A stretch of DNA of 64,000 nucleotides from the human T2T-CHM13v2.0 reference genome, Homo sapiens. The stretch is from assembly GCF_009914755.1 (NCBI RefSeq), contig NC_060927.1, one strand, 5' to 3'. The position numbers and the translations under genes were made by a program. Below the pieces are notes generated by a model that made no database searches, was not told the origin of the DNA, and worked only from the letters and a program-made list of their open reading frames with translations. Shown one piece after another: positions 1-24,420 of the stretch. The number at the start of each line of letters is the position of its first letter. Position 1 is the stretch's first letter.

Positions 1-274
1 GTAAAAGCCAATTTAAACTTTTAAATGGTAACTTAATTCAATGCTGAATATCAAAATAATCAACTGTTAAAAATTTAAATGATTGTTTTGATATATTCTT
101 GTACTAGCAACACTAATTAAACTTTCTCATCATGGTACCCCTATATAGCAGGGGGAAATGAACACATCCCACAGCAGCTAAAACACGTGAGAGAGTTCAT
201 GCAGGTCTTGCATTTTATCTTAGAGATTCAGGTAAATTTTGGATTTTATTCTATTTGATAATCTTTTGTTTTTA

Positions 275-925
275 AACTTTTAAGTCTGGGGTACATGTGC
301 AGGTTTGTTCCATAAGTAAGCTTGCGTCATGGGGGCTTGTTTTACAGATTATTTTATCATCCAGGTATTAAGCCTGGTATCCATTAGTTATTTTTCCTGA
401 TCCTCTCCCACCTCCCACCCTCCCAAAAGCCCCAGTGTGTGTTGTTCCCCTCTATATGTCCATGTGTTTTCATAATTTAGCTCCTATTTATATGTGAAAA
501 CATGCAGTATTTGGTTTTCTGTTCCTGCATTAATTAGTTTGCTAAAGATAAGGGCTTCCAGCTCCATCCATGTCCCTGCAAAGAACATCTCATTCTTTTT
601 CATGGCTGCATAGTATTCCATGGTATACATGTCCAAAACTTTCTTTATCCAGTCTATCACTGATGGGCATTTAAGGTGATTCTAAGTCTTTGCTATTGAA
701 TAGCGGTGCAATGAACATACACATGCTTATGTCTTTATGACAGAATAATTTATATTCCTTTGGGTATATATCCAGTAATAGGATTGCTGGGTTGAATGGT
801 ATTTCTGTCTTTAGGTCTTTGAGGAATTGCCACACTGTCTTCCACAATGGCTGAACTGACTTACACTCCCACAAACAGTGTATACGGTTTCTTTTTCTCC
901 ACAACCTCACCAGCATCTGAATAAC
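275..925 (-). mobile_element. L1PA 3' end fragment
   Basis: L1 3'UTR and ORF2 C-terminus ([15 protein letters not shown]) on the minus strand. Confidence 0.9.
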
Positions 926-1175
926 CTTGTTTTTAATTTTCCCCCTTTACACCACATTTTCCTCCTAAACATTAGCAATTTAGAAATATCCCATGTTTAT
1001 TTCATGCTGTCTCAGCACTCCTCAGGTACTCCTGGGGATGTGAGATCTTATTCTTTGAAAATAATGGTAGTATGGTCTTTAACACAGCACTATGAAGTGG
1101 TAAACTGTGAATAATAATGTTTTAAATTGATATAAAACATTTCAATAATTTATAAATTTTAAAAATGTTATTATA

Positions 1176-1470
<295 letters not shown>

Positions 1471-1747
1471 GTTATTATAGCTCGTGTTCCAATCTTATAA
1501 AAATAAAAAAAATCAGCATTTCAGCAGTATTTCCTTTACTAAGGAAAGGGAAGTAACGTTTATGTACTTTTATTTTTGGAACTTTGAAACTGAACTCACC
1601 TTATTTGTCAAATTTATATATGTGCTATTAATTGTTCAGTCTTTCTGCTCTATTCCAATTTCAGAAAACAGGTACTTAAAAAAAGCATTTTATTTTTGTT
1701 GTTAGAAATTACAAACTGTAGGAACCATTGCAAAAGGTGAAAATTAC

Positions 1748-1885
1748 CTTGTTTATCTATAACAGAGTATGAGGCCAAAAATCCGCGTCCAGAAACATGG
1801 ATTCCACTCATGAACAGCAATGTGATTTCATTGCCTTTTGATTCAATTGAATGGTTCATTTGCAACCCCAGACCACAGTATTTGC
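1748..1885 (-). CDS. DCBLD2: DCBLD2 coding exon 3 (CUB domain C-half: [45 protein letters not shown])
   Basis: Acceptor ttcattcctag|GCAAATAC, donor CAAG|GTAATT; 138 nt; in frame with exon 2; YCG and GF-ASY CUB motifs. The gene continues beyond the left edge of the window. Confidence 0.97.
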
Positions 1886-2504
1886 CTAGGAATGAAAGAA
1901 AAGCAGATTATTTGGGATGACTCTCATGAAGTCAATAATATTTGCAATGTAGATAACAGAAGCAGAATAATATACCAAGCTGGCTGTTAAATTAGTATGG
2001 AATAATGACTAAAATGTTTAATGATTACCAATCATATTGCTCTGGAGGAAAAAAATGACAAGTAATGTCTATTCAAATGATTCAAAAGGAAAAGCAGTAC
2101 ATGCATCACTGAACTTATAGAGATTAATTTCCTGTGAAAGACATGTATACTCTTTCAAAACAATAATGAGGGACTAAAAAAAATAATTAACAAAATATTT
2201 CATCCAGGCAGGTGGCTCACAAATGAATTGATGATTAATTAGTAGTATTCTTAAAGTGCTTCCCTCAAACCCCTTAGATTCCAGCCTCAGGTCATCCCTC
2301 AAGCCTTTTTTTGGACCTACTCAATTTTACTTCTGAGGGTTGTTGGATTTCTAGTTAATCTCTTTAGGTGATCATATCTGATCCCATGGCTTTAACTATG
2401 ATCTGACAACTCACAAGCTTAACCTTCCATCCACAGCTTTTTCCTTGAATGTCAGATGCATATATAAAACTGTGTGCCTAAATTTCATCCTTTAATGTCT
2501 ATCA

Positions 2505-2749
2505 CAGAGGTGCCTCATCTTTTGGTCTCCCTGGGCCACAGTGGAAAAAGAATTGTCTTGGGCCACACATAAAATGCATTAACACTAATGACAGCTTTTG
2601 GGCACGATCAATCAACCAATAAACAAACAAACATAAATAAATCACAAAAAAATCTCATGTTTTAAGAAAGTTTATAAATTTCTGTTGGGCCGCATTCAAA
2701 GCTGTCCTGGGCCGCATGTGGCCTGCAGGCCACAGGTTGGACAAGCTTG
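2505..2749 (+). mobile_element. MER30 (hAT-Charlie MITE)
   Basis: CAGAGGTG...GGCCACAGGTTGGACAAGCTTG termini; perfect 8-bp TSD GTCTATCA at 2497-2504 and 2750-2757. Confidence 0.88.
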
Positions 2750-3153
2750 GTCTATCAGATATATAAAAAATAACATATCCTCAGTACAGATCTAAGATAC
2801 TAAGATAAAAAGAAAGAAGAAGAAAAATTAAAGCAAGACACACACTAATAAATAATAAAAACTGATTTTCTTATGTGCTTGGTAACTTGTGTAAGAAAGC
2901 CTGAATAAGGACTTCCAAAAATGTTTTAAGCTATGGCAACATCACTTGAATAAGAGTAATGTGGACCTCCAAGGATATCATTTTCAAGGATGATACTTTA
3001 TCTTATGAGTAGTGAATTCTAAGGAATTGACAAATAAAACAAAACAAAACCTCTCTAGAACTAGTAAAGAAACTTAGCTAAGTCACAGGATCCATATACA
3101 AAAATCAACTGCATTTCCATATATGCTAGTGCAATCTGAAATGAAATTTTTAA

Positions 3154-4392
<1,239 letters not shown>

Positions 4393-4529
4393 TGTACCAA
4401 TTTATTCCCCCTCTCCCCAGCAGTATTGGTGATCAAGAGACTGGTAACTTGTTATTTTCTTGATTAACTTTTCCAATGTGTGTTTACTTGTAAAATTTCC
4501 TCTAGTATGTGATCTTTTAATGCTTCTAG

Positions 4530-4875
<346 letters not shown>

Positions 4876-4879
4876 TAAC

Positions 4880-5375
4880 TTCTTTTATGTTACATATATG
4901 GCAAAACGGAGATTTTTCTGGGTAAGCCTGAACTAATCAGGTAGGCCCATTAAAAGCACATTGTTTTCTCAGGTTGCAGAATTGGAAATAAGAGAGACAC
5001 ATGCCAGGTGGCCTGGAAGAATGCAAACATCTATGTAGCAACTTGCCTATCAGGGCCATTGCAAGTCACCTCTAGAAAGTTAAAGCAGTCCCTGGCCAAC
5101 AGTTACCAAGAAAATGGGGACCTCAGTTTTACAACTGCAATGAACTGAATTCTACCAACAACTAGTACACTTGGAAGAGAACTGTGAGCCCCAGATGAGA
5201 AACGTATTCCCAGCTAACACCTTAATTTCAGCCTGGTGGGACCCCAAGCAGAGAATTCAGTCATGCCATGCAATGCCTAGACTTCAGATCCATGGGAAGT
5301 GAGATGATAAAACTGCGCTGTTTTAAGTTGTAGGCTTGTGATAATTTATTATGAAGCAAAGTAAAACAGAATACA
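4880..5375 (+). mobile_element. MaLR LTR (MLT1-like), diverged
   Basis: GGGGACCTCAGT...CAACTGCAATGAACTGAATTCTACCAAC...GAGCCCCAGATGAGAA motifs. Confidence 0.65.
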
Positions 5376-8300
5376 ACCAGGAATTTAGTGTACAGTCCAA
5401 GAATATTGTGCTTTTGGATAATTGAATTTGATAGAGGTATGGAGGCGAAGTTAGAATTGATGGCTCAGGACCCAAATTAGCCCACAGGCCTCTTGGTCTG
5501 TACAGCTCTGGGCTATACTCTCCTTCAAAAATGTTTAAATTAGGTGTTAAAGTTCTCAAAATCTGGAAACTTAACATAAATTCTGAATTTCCAACTTCTC
5601 TTGAAAAATCACAAGGAAAAAAGGAAATCTAGGCCAGTTTTCTAAGTGGTTGTCCTTAAGTAGCAGCTGTCCCCTTTGAAAAAGAAAGTCACACTCCAGT
5701 TTGCCACAGCCCTATCACTCCACAATGCCACCAGTCCTGAAGCTCAGCTATCATTTATCATCATGGCTATGCTGTTATTCTTCATATGCCTAGGCCATTT
5801 CACTCCTTTATTTCATCTGTCTAGACCCTGTTGGCAGTGAGCTTGTAGCCACTTGTACAGAGTATAGAGACCTTATGGTCACCATGCCTCTTCTGATGTC
5901 CACATCAACCACAGTAGATGAATAACAGCAATAAATTAAGCTCTAGAAGGTGTTAAATGGAAACATTCTGTATTCAAAAGAGGGGAGATAGTGCATCTGA
6001 CTCTGATAAACCAGAAGTATAATTAATATTGTTACGAAACTTGAGAAATCTTATTTATGTTCTCAATTAAATGGAAGCTCATTCAACTTCCTGAGGTGTG
6101 CCACGGAACAATGCTCTCCTTAGGAATCTGCAACTTAGAAGGATGAACCAGAGGGTAGAGAGTTACTTGCTAGAACAAAAGCACATCAGCTCTGCCCACT
6201 TTCAGTGGAGGGAAATGAAGCTTGCTTAAAGAGCCTCAGTCCTAATTTACAAACTTATTTACGAACAAGTTTTTTTTTTCTTTTTTTAACTAGCATAGAG
6301 CATCTCTAGTCTCAAAAACAAAATTTGGAATTCTCAAAGGAACTCATTTACTGAAACTCTGAATATCCAGGCACTAAGCCAGGCAGGAACTGGGGATTCA
6401 GTAATGGAATGAGAGGCAGTGATGCCCTCAGAAAGCTTAGTGTAGTGGGACAAATCAAATGTACAGTTGAATCCTCTAAGGTACAGAAGAGGCCATGATA
6501 GCTCCTGAACAATGTTTACCATAGATGCTATCATTAAATAACTCCCATCAGTAGTTTCTTTAAAAAGTCTGGCTTTGAGGACCATTGTCTTATGCTTGGT
6601 GGGCCAGAGTGAGGTGGAGATGTACAAATTAACCCCCTGCTTGGAGTGGTTGAGTGTTCTCTTTTTGAATGTCTAAAATGTCTTCCCATAATCATTTCTC
6701 TTATACTGTGAATAAGCTGTCCTTTTGGCTGGATTTAGCCTTACTTTTAGCTGCTTCAGCAAAGACTTGCCTGCAGAAGATAATGATAGGAAGGTATAGC
6801 TCTAATTTCTTTTTGAACAATTAGACTATTGGGTATATATTTAAAATGGGACATAACAGATATTTACTAGGTTTAAAAGGGATTTAACAATATTACTAAA
6901 AATGAATTTGCCTCTCCTTCTAAAATATAGTGGTTTTAGAAAAGTATTTTAAATTATGTTTTTCTACAACATATCATAGTCATTGTACATCTTGATTTTA
7001 GAAAAGTGGCTATTTTGGTGTTATTCTTCTTAAGCAGCAGATCTGATATCTGCACATTTTAAAGTGAATAAACGCTGCAAGGGAAAAATGTACCTTGACA
7101 CTTTGACTCCTACCTCACACAACACAGATAAAAATCAATTCTGGATGGATTGAGGATAATATTAGAAACAAATCCAATAAGGCTTTAAGTGGAAAACTTT
7201 GAGAAGAGCTTCACGACCTAGAACTGGGCAAAAATTTCTTAAACAGAATACAAAAAGTACTAACCATAAAATAATTAGTAAACGCAAACTACATAAAATT
7301 AACGTTTATTTATCATAAGATACCAGTAAGGGAGTAAAATGGCAGCCCATAGCAATGGAGAAGATACATTTACTACATCTAAAAAGAACCCATTACCCGA
7401 ATATATACAGAACTCCAACAAATGAATAAGAAAAAGATCTCCCAATAGAGAATATGCATGAAAATGTAAACAGATTTTTTATAAACAAAGATATTTAAAT
7501 GGATAATAAATGTATGAAAAGAGCACAGTATCATCAGCTATCAAGGAAATACAAAGCAAACTATGTATAACATGCCATCAGTACACACACACCAGAACAG
7601 TTAACATGGAGAAAAGCAGAGAATGGTAACTAGAACTCTTATACACTGGTGGTGGGTATAAAATAGTACAGCCACAAAAACATTTGGCAATAACTGCTAA
7701 AGCTGAACATATGCAACCCAGTGACCCAGCAATTCCTCTTCTACGTATAGAAATGTGTACTTACGTACATCTTCAACATAAAAAAGTGTCAGTTTTACCA
7801 CACTCACACAAACATAACATTAAAATTTTAATATTTTTTATGAATTCAAAAGTCAGGAAAAAAATGTAGTTTTAAAACTATGCATTTCTTTGACTGTAAG
7901 CATAGTTCCCTCCTCTAAAATCCTTTCAGAACTGTAGCTCAGACAAAAGAGCATATAGGTTTTTACCACTATCTACAATGGTAACCAAACGGTCTTGATA
8001 GAAAAATTTATAGCATTCAGATGGGCTGAAATATTCATAAGGTAATATCAAAATTCCCCATCGAAATTTTCCAAGTGGGCTTTCCTTCTCTCTTATGAAA
8101 CTTCTACTTTAGCAAAGGACTTTAAGAGTTATCTTTTGGAAAACAAGCCAACTCTGTAAAGAGAGCTTCACATTCTATTTCTTAATAAAACATCTTGAAA
8201 AGGTAGTGATTCAAGGTCCTAGCTCTTACTAAGTTGACAGATTATTTCAGTATAGCTGGCAGTTTCTCATGCCAAGTATGCTAATACAAAAAGCAATGAG

Positions 8301-9235
8301 TCATAATAATGTGAAGACTTCAGCAAAACCAGATGTGGTGCCAAGCATCACAGATGAGACATTCATAGAATATCAAGAAATTTCTTTAAAGCTTTTCTGA
8401 AAAAATATACTCTTCACTACTTAGGAGATGTCAAAACCTTTTAATATTCACTTAAAAGGCTCACAAACAGGAATTCTTGGATGGGGGCAGGATCTCACAG
8501 GAGAGTAAGTTCCCTCCAGTTAAATGCTGAGAAATGGACAGTTGTCAATTCCTCAATAATCTGCCTCAAAACCTCAGAGGAAACATTTAGGATACTGAAA
8601 GAACAAAACAAAACAACAAATATATATGCAATCTCTCCCGAACTATGGTCTCTCTCAGAAGAAAAAAAAGAAAAAACTATATTAACAAAGGGGCCTATTA
8701 TGAGCTACAAAGCTTATAAACCACTGCAAACTGCCAGCCCTATCCACAGAAATACAGAGGTACAATGTTAATCTACTTAAAAATACACAGTATAAAAAGA
8801 AAACAAAAAATGGGAATCCCTAAAATTTAGTTTATGAAAACCCTCTCCCCCTATAAAAACAGTGACAGAAGGAAACTACAGCACAACACTCCAAAGTTAA
8901 TTAAATGTCCTCATACATTTGGGATATGATAAAACATCTTGAAGCATAAATTCAGAAACTAGGGGCAGAAATGGACAAAAAAAGCAGAAAGAAATGAGAG
9001 TTGGTTGACCTCAGGAAAGAAATATAAGAAAAAGACAAAAGTATACCAAAAATGAAGAATTAAGACATTATAAAGTGCACAAGGAATTACAGATTCTAAC
9101 GAAAACATAAGGAATGTTGAAAAGAAGAAAAAAAACAGACTAAAAAGAATATTTAAAAAGTAAAAAGGATCAGTGAGAATGTGGCTGAAATGAAAGGGGA
9201 TATAAATGGCAAAGAAGATTCAACTGACATATAAG

Positions 9236-10773
9236 TGTGTCCGGAATTGGTGGGTTCTTGGTCTCACTGACTTCAAGAACGAAGCCGCAGACCCTCGCAG
9301 TGAGTGTTACGGTTCTTAAAGGTGGCATGTCCGGAGTTTGTTCTTTCTGATGTTCGGATGTGTTTGGAGTTTCTTCCTTCTGGTGGGTTCATGGTCTCAC
9401 TGGCTCAGGAGTGAAGCTGCAGACCTTCGTGGTGAGTGTTACAGCTCTTAAGGCGGCACGTCTGGAGTTGTTCATTCCTCCTGGTGGGTTCGTGGTCTCG
9501 CTGGCTTCAGGAGTGAAGCTGCAGACCTTTGCGGTGAGTGTTACAGCTCATAAAGGCAGTGTGGACCCAAAGAGTGAGCAGTAGCAAGATTTATTGCAAA
9601 GAGCGAAAGAACAAAGCTTCCACAGTGTGTAAGGGGACCCAAGCTGGGTTGCCACTGCTGGCTCGCCACTGCTGGCTCCGGCAGCCTGCTTTTATTCTCT
9701 TATCTGGCCCAACCCACATTCTGCTGATTAGTCCATTTTACAGAGAGCCGACTGGTCCATTTTACAGAGAGCTTATTGGTCCGTTATGACAGGGTGCTGA
9801 TTGGTGCATTTACAATCCCTGAGCTAGACACAAAAGTTCTCCACATCCCCACGAGATTAGCTAGACACAGAGTGTCGATTGGTGCATTCACAAACCCTGA
9901 GCTAGACGCAGGGTGCTGACTGGTGTGTTTACAAACCTTGAGCTAGATACACAGTGCCGATTGGTGTATTTACAATCCCTTAGCTAGACATAAAGGTTCT
10001 CCACGTCCCCACTAGAGTAGCTAGATACAGTCGATTGGTGCATTCACAAACCCTGAGCCAGACACAGGGTGCTGATTGGTGTCTTTACAAACCTTGAGCT
10101 AGATACAGAGTGCCGACTGGTGTATTTACAATCCCTTAGCTAGACATAAAGGTTCTCCAAGTCCCCACCAGACTCAGGAGCCCAGCTGGCTGCACCCAGT
10201 GGATCCCGCACCGGGGCTGCAGGTGGAGCTGCCTGCCAGTCCCGCGCCGTGCGCCCGCACTCCTCAGCCCTTGGGTGGTCAATGGGACTGGGTGCCATGG
10301 AGCAGGGGGCGGTGCTCGTCGGGGAGGCTTGGGCCACACAGCAGCCCACGGTGGGGGGCAGGCTCAGGCATGGCGGGCTGCAGGTCCCGAGCCCTGCCCC
10401 ACAGGGAGGCAGCTAAGGCCCAGCGAAAAGTCACAGCAGCTGCTGGCCCAGGTGCTAAGCACCTCACTGCCTGGGGCTGGCAGGGCCAGCTGGCCACTCC
10501 GAGTGTGGGGCCTGCCGAGCCCACACACACCCAGAACTCGCACTGGCCTGCAAGCGCCGTGTGCAGCCCCAGTTCCCGCCTGCGCCTCTCCCTCCACACC
10601 TACCCGCAAGCTGAGGGAGCCGGCTCCGGCCTTGGCCAGCCCAGGAAGGGGCTCCCACAGTGCAGCAGCAGGCTGAAGGGCTCCTCAAGTGCTGCCAAAG
10701 TGGGAGCCCAGGCAGAGGAGGTGCCGAGAGCGAGCGAGGCCTGCGAGGGCTGCCAGCACGCTGTCACCTCTCA
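9236..10773 (-). mobile_element. ERV9 solo LTR (LTR12C-like), same orientation as DCBLD2
   Basis: Minus strand begins TGAGAGGTGACAGCGTGCTGGCAG and ends CCAATTCCGGACACA; 4-bp TSD TAAG (9232-9235, 10774-10777); tandem CCAAT enhancer repeats 9790-10165; AATAAAA TATA-like box 9690-9696; polyA signal 9590-9595. Confidence 0.95.
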
Positions 10774-10829
10774 TAAGTATTAAAAATAAATACACAAAGC
10801 AATGGAACAAATATTAACATTAAAAAATA

Positions 10830-17985
<7,156 letters not shown>

Positions 17986-17988
17986 TTC

Positions 17989-19756
<1,768 letters not shown>

Positions 19757-20068
19757 TCACTTAAAAAATCATTAAATAAGAAGTATTAAAACTATAATCC
19801 AAGACAATTTTCTAGAAATAAAGGAAGACTTGAATTTACATACTGAAAGGGTCCACTGGGTACCAGTGAAAACCTGTAATGATCAACTTCAACACATATC
19901 CTTAGAAAACTAATAGACTTTAAAGGTAAAGAAAAAAATCCTCATGGTCACTGTACAAAAACCAAATACCTTATAATGGCAGGAGAGTTCAATTGTCATC
20001 AGACTTCTCAAAAAACAATATGAAGTAAGGGAATCATGAAAAGCATTTTTTTTAACTCAAAGAAATAA

Positions 20069-20385
<317 letters not shown>

Positions 20386-21858
20386 AGAAATAACATTTGA
20401 ATCCAAAATTTAAATACTATCAAGCAGCCCCCTGAAGCCTAAAGGCCATAAAAAATTTACAAAGTAAGCAGTTTTAAACATGCAAAATCTGCAACATAAG
20501 CCCTCCTTAAGGAATCAACCTATTCAAAGATGAACTTCATCCAAACAATAGACTAGTGGGAGGACTTGAGGAAAAAGACAGTGATCATTTATTATATTTA
20601 ATTATAGATCTAGAAAAGTTAGAGATGGGGTTGAAGAATAAGAAGATATGATACATGCTGTGTGTTATGAATGTATATTCTGAGAGTGCTATGATTTGGA
20701 CATGGTTTGTCCCCATGAAATCTCATGTTGAAATTTATTTATATATTTTTTTAATTTTCAATAGCTTTAGGGGTACAAGTAGTTTTTGTTACACAGATAA
20801 ATTTTATAGTGGTGAAATCTGAGCTTTTAGTGTACCCATCACCCAAATAGTGTACAGTGTACCCAACAGGTGATTTTTTAATCCCTTACCACCCTCCCCC
20901 TTTCTGAGTCTCCGATGTCCATTACAGCATTCTGTATGCTGTTATTTATCCACAAGGTTAGTCCCCCCTTGTGAGAACATATGGTACTTGGTTTTCTGTT
21001 CCTGAGTTACTTTACTTAGGATAATGATCCCCAGTTCTATCCAAGGAGCTGCGAAGACATTATTTCATTCTTTTTAAGGGTGAGTAGTATTCCACTGTGT
21101 CTATATGTTTACATCATATATATATAACATTTTCTTTATCCACTCATTGGTTTGATGGACTCTTAGGTTGATTCCGTATCTTTTCCATGGTGAATTCTAC
21201 TATGATAAACATACTAGTGCAGGTATCTTTTTGATATAATGACATATTTTCCTTTGGGCAGATATCAGTAGTGAGACTGCTGAACTGAATGGTAGATCTG
21301 TTAGTTCTTTGATAAATTTCCATACTGTTTTCCACAGAGGTTGAACTAATTTACATTCTCACCAACAGTGTATAAGTGTTCCCTGTCTGCGCCAACATCT
21401 ATTGTTTTTTGACTTCTTAATGGCCATTCTGACTAGGGCAAAGTGGTATCTTACTGCAGTTTTAATTTGCATTTCTGTGATGACTAGTGATGTTGAGCAT
21501 TTTTCATATGTTTGTTAGTCTTTTGTGTATCTTCTTTTGAGAAATGTCTGTTCATGTTGTTTGTCTACTTTTTAAGGGATTATTTATTTTCTTGCTAATT
21601 TCAGTTCCTTGTAGATTACGGACATTAGTCCTTTGTCAGATGTATAGTTTACAAATATTTTCTCCCATTCTGTAGGTTCTCTGTTTACTCTGCAGATTAT
21701 CTCTTTTGCTGTACAAAGCTTTTCAGTTTGAGTCCCATTTATTTATTTTTGTTGCATTTGCTCTGTCTCTTACTAATAAATTCTCTGCCTACGCCAATAT
21801 CCAGAATTTTTCCTAGGGCTTCTTCTAAAATTGTTATGGTTTCAGGTCTTACATTTGA

Positions 21859-22364
21859 CCCTTTTCCTGTTTTCAAAAAAAGGTGTGGCTTGCTGCCAGC
21901 GCTCATTTAATTTTACATAAACACGTTCTTTGAGGCTGAAGCAAATCTGACTGATAGTCAATGTGAAAATAAAATATAAAAACTGTTCTTGGAGTTATTT
22001 CTAAACAGAACTAACATTAGAATTGTCTGAATCATCAGAATAATCTATTTCAGAAAAACTGAATTCATGAAACTAATCCTTGGCCAACAACTTTTCATGA
22101 ACAATGTTAGCATCATGTGTAGGAATGCTGTTTTCTAAGATTTGACATTTTCAGTGGTTGAGATTTTATTTTGTAAGTGGAAATACCGCTACTAAAAATG
22201 GAGTGCTATAAATAGGATAATGTCTTTTGTTTCCAAAGTTGATATACTAGAGCAATGCAAAAATAATAATCATAGGGTGCTATTTTGTGGCAAATTTACT
22301 TTGGGGTAAATGATGCAGCCGCAAGTGCCACTGGCGAGTATTCTCAGAGCAAATGGGGAAAGGG
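21859..22364 (-). mobile_element. MER75 non-autonomous piggyBac DNA transposon inserted in the L1
   Basis: Terminal inverted repeats CCCTTTTCCTGTTT ... AAATGGGGAAAGGG; target TTGA (decayed TTAA) 21855-21858 and TTAA 22365-22368; splits the L1 sequence ACATTTAAGTCTTTAATCC. Confidence 0.88.
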
Positions 22365-22767
22365 TTAAGTCTTTAATCCATCTTGAGTAAATTTTTGTAG
22401 ACGGTGAGAGATAGGGAACCAGTTTCATTCTTCTGTGTATGGCTATCCAATTTTCCAGCACCACTGAATGAATAGGGTGTCCTTTCCCCCATTGTATGTT
22501 TCAGTCTGCTTTGTCAAAGATCAGTTGGTTGTAGTTATTTGGCTTTATATCTGGGTTCTCTATTCTGTTTCATTGGTATATGTGTCTATTTTTATACCAG
22601 TTGTCATACTGTGTTGATTACTGTAGCCTTGCAGTATAACTTAAAGATAGCTAATGTGATGCCCCCAGATTTCTTTTGTTTGCTCAGGACTGCTTTTGCT
22701 ATTCAGGATTTTTGGTTTTATTTGAATTTAGGATTTTCTTTTCTAATTCTGAGAAAAATGGTGTTTT

Positions 22768-22887
22768 TGGCAGGATATGATGGCACACACCTGTAGTTCC
22801 AGCTGCTTGGGAGGCTAAGGCAGGAGGCTGAGGCTGAAGTAAGCCAAGATTGCACAACTGCACTCCAGACTGGGTGACAGAGTAAGA
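22768..22887 (+). mobile_element. Alu right-arm fragment
   Basis: CACCTGTAGTTCCAGCT...CACTCCAGACTGGGTGACAGAG, with an internal deletion. Confidence 0.8.
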
Positions 22888-23040
22888 TGGAAAGGAAAGG
22901 GAAAGGGAAAGGGAAATGGAAGGAAGAAGAGATAGAGAAAGAGAGCGAGAGAGAGAGAGAAATAGAGAAAGAAAAAGAGAGAGAAAAAAAGAAAGAAAAA
23001 GGAAAAGAAAAGAAAGAAAAAGAAAGAAAGAAAGAAAGAA

Positions 23041-23119
<79 letters not shown>

Positions 23120-23130
23120 GAAGAAAGGTA
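22888..23130 (+). repeat. Compound polypurine microsatellite (GGAAA/GA/GAAA)n from an expanded Alu tail
   Basis: About 240 nt almost purely A/G, including a long perfect (GAAA)n run at ~23043-23118. Confidence 0.95.
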
Positions 23131-24420
23131 GGCAGGCATTGGTGGTATTTTGATAGGAACTCTACTGAATCTGTAGATTGTTTTGGGCAGTATGGTCATT
23201 TTCACAATATTGATTCTTTTAATTCATGAACATAGGAGGTTTTCTATTTGTTTGTATCATCTATGGTTTCTTTCATCAGTGTTTTGCAGTTCTATGTGTA
23301 GAGATCTTTCACCTCTTTGGTTAAGTATATTCCTAGGGTTTTTTTTTTTTCCTTTTTTTGCAACAATTGTAAATGGGACTGAGTTCTTGATTTGATTCTG
23401 CTTGGTCATTATTGGTATATAGCAGTAGTACTGATGTGTGTATGGTGATTTTGTAACCTGACACTTTACAGATTCATTTATCCAATCTAGGAGATTTTGG
23501 AGGAGTCTTTAGAATTTTCAAGGTATAAGATCACATCATCAGCAAACAGAGATAGCTTGATTTCTCTTTTCTAACTTAGATGCCCTTTATTTCTTCTCTT
23601 GCCTGACTGTTCTAGCTAGAACTTCCAGTACTACGTTGAATAAAAGTGGCAGAAGTGGGCATTCTTGTCTTGTTCCAGTTCTTAGGAAGAATGCTTTCAG
23701 TTTTTCCTCATTCAGTATGTTGGCTGTGAGTTTGTCATATATGGCTTTTATTATTTTAAGGTATGTTCTTTCTGTGCCTAGTTTGTTGAGGAGTTTTATC
23801 ATGAAGGGATGCTCAATTTTATCAAATGCTTTTTCTTCATCTACTGAAATGATTTTTTTTTGTTTTTAATTATATTTATGTGGTGAATCACATTTGTTGA
23901 TTTGCATATGTCAAATCATCCTTGCATTCCTGGTATGAAACCCACTTGATGCTGAATTATCTTGTTGATATACTGCTGAATCTGGTTTGCTAGAATTTTG
24001 TTGAGGATTTTTGCACCTATGTTCATTAGGAATATTGGTCTGCAGTTTTCCTTGTTTGTTGTGTCTTTTCCTGGCTTTGGTATTAGGGTGATACTGGGTT
24101 CATAGAAAGAATTAGGGAGGATTCCCTCTTTCTCCATCTTTTAGAATAGTTTCAGTAGAATTGGCATCAGTTCTTCTTTCCATGTCTGGTAAAATTCAGC
24201 TGTGAATCCATCTGGTCCTGGGCATTCGTTGTTGTTGTTGTTGTCGTTGGGAGATTTTTTATTACTGATTCAATCTCACTACTTATTACTTGGTCCATTC
24301 AGGATTTCTGTTTCTTCCTGATTCAAATTTGTGGGATTGTGTGTTTCTAGGAATTTATCCATTTCCTCTAGACTTTCTAGTTTGTGTGCACAGACATATT
24401 CACAGTAGTCTTAGATCATT

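Larger units (their letters stand above)
20738..24420 (-). mobile_element. 5'-truncated L1 (L1PB-like) of the U3-L1 chimera, interrupted by MER75 and an Alu arm plus microsatellite
   Basis: ORF2 remnants ([33 protein letters not shown]), L1PB-like 3'UTR and T-rich tail near 20740; TSD CATGTTGAA(A/G)TTTA at 20724-20737 and 24496-24509. Confidence 0.88.

Noticed and set aside
9790-10165. Regularly spaced ~40-bp repeats resembling a CRISPR-like array
   Set aside because: These are the known tandem CCAAT enhancer repeats of ERV9 LTR12; no unique spacers, and the DNA is primate
10136-10783. Cluster of overlapping 70-194 aa ORFs on both strands
   Set aside because: They lie in the GC-rich U3 region of LTR12; stop-poor by composition, with no protein-family signature
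22699-23205. KERK- and FLSF-repeat ORFs
   Set aside because: Translations of the (GAAA)n microsatellite
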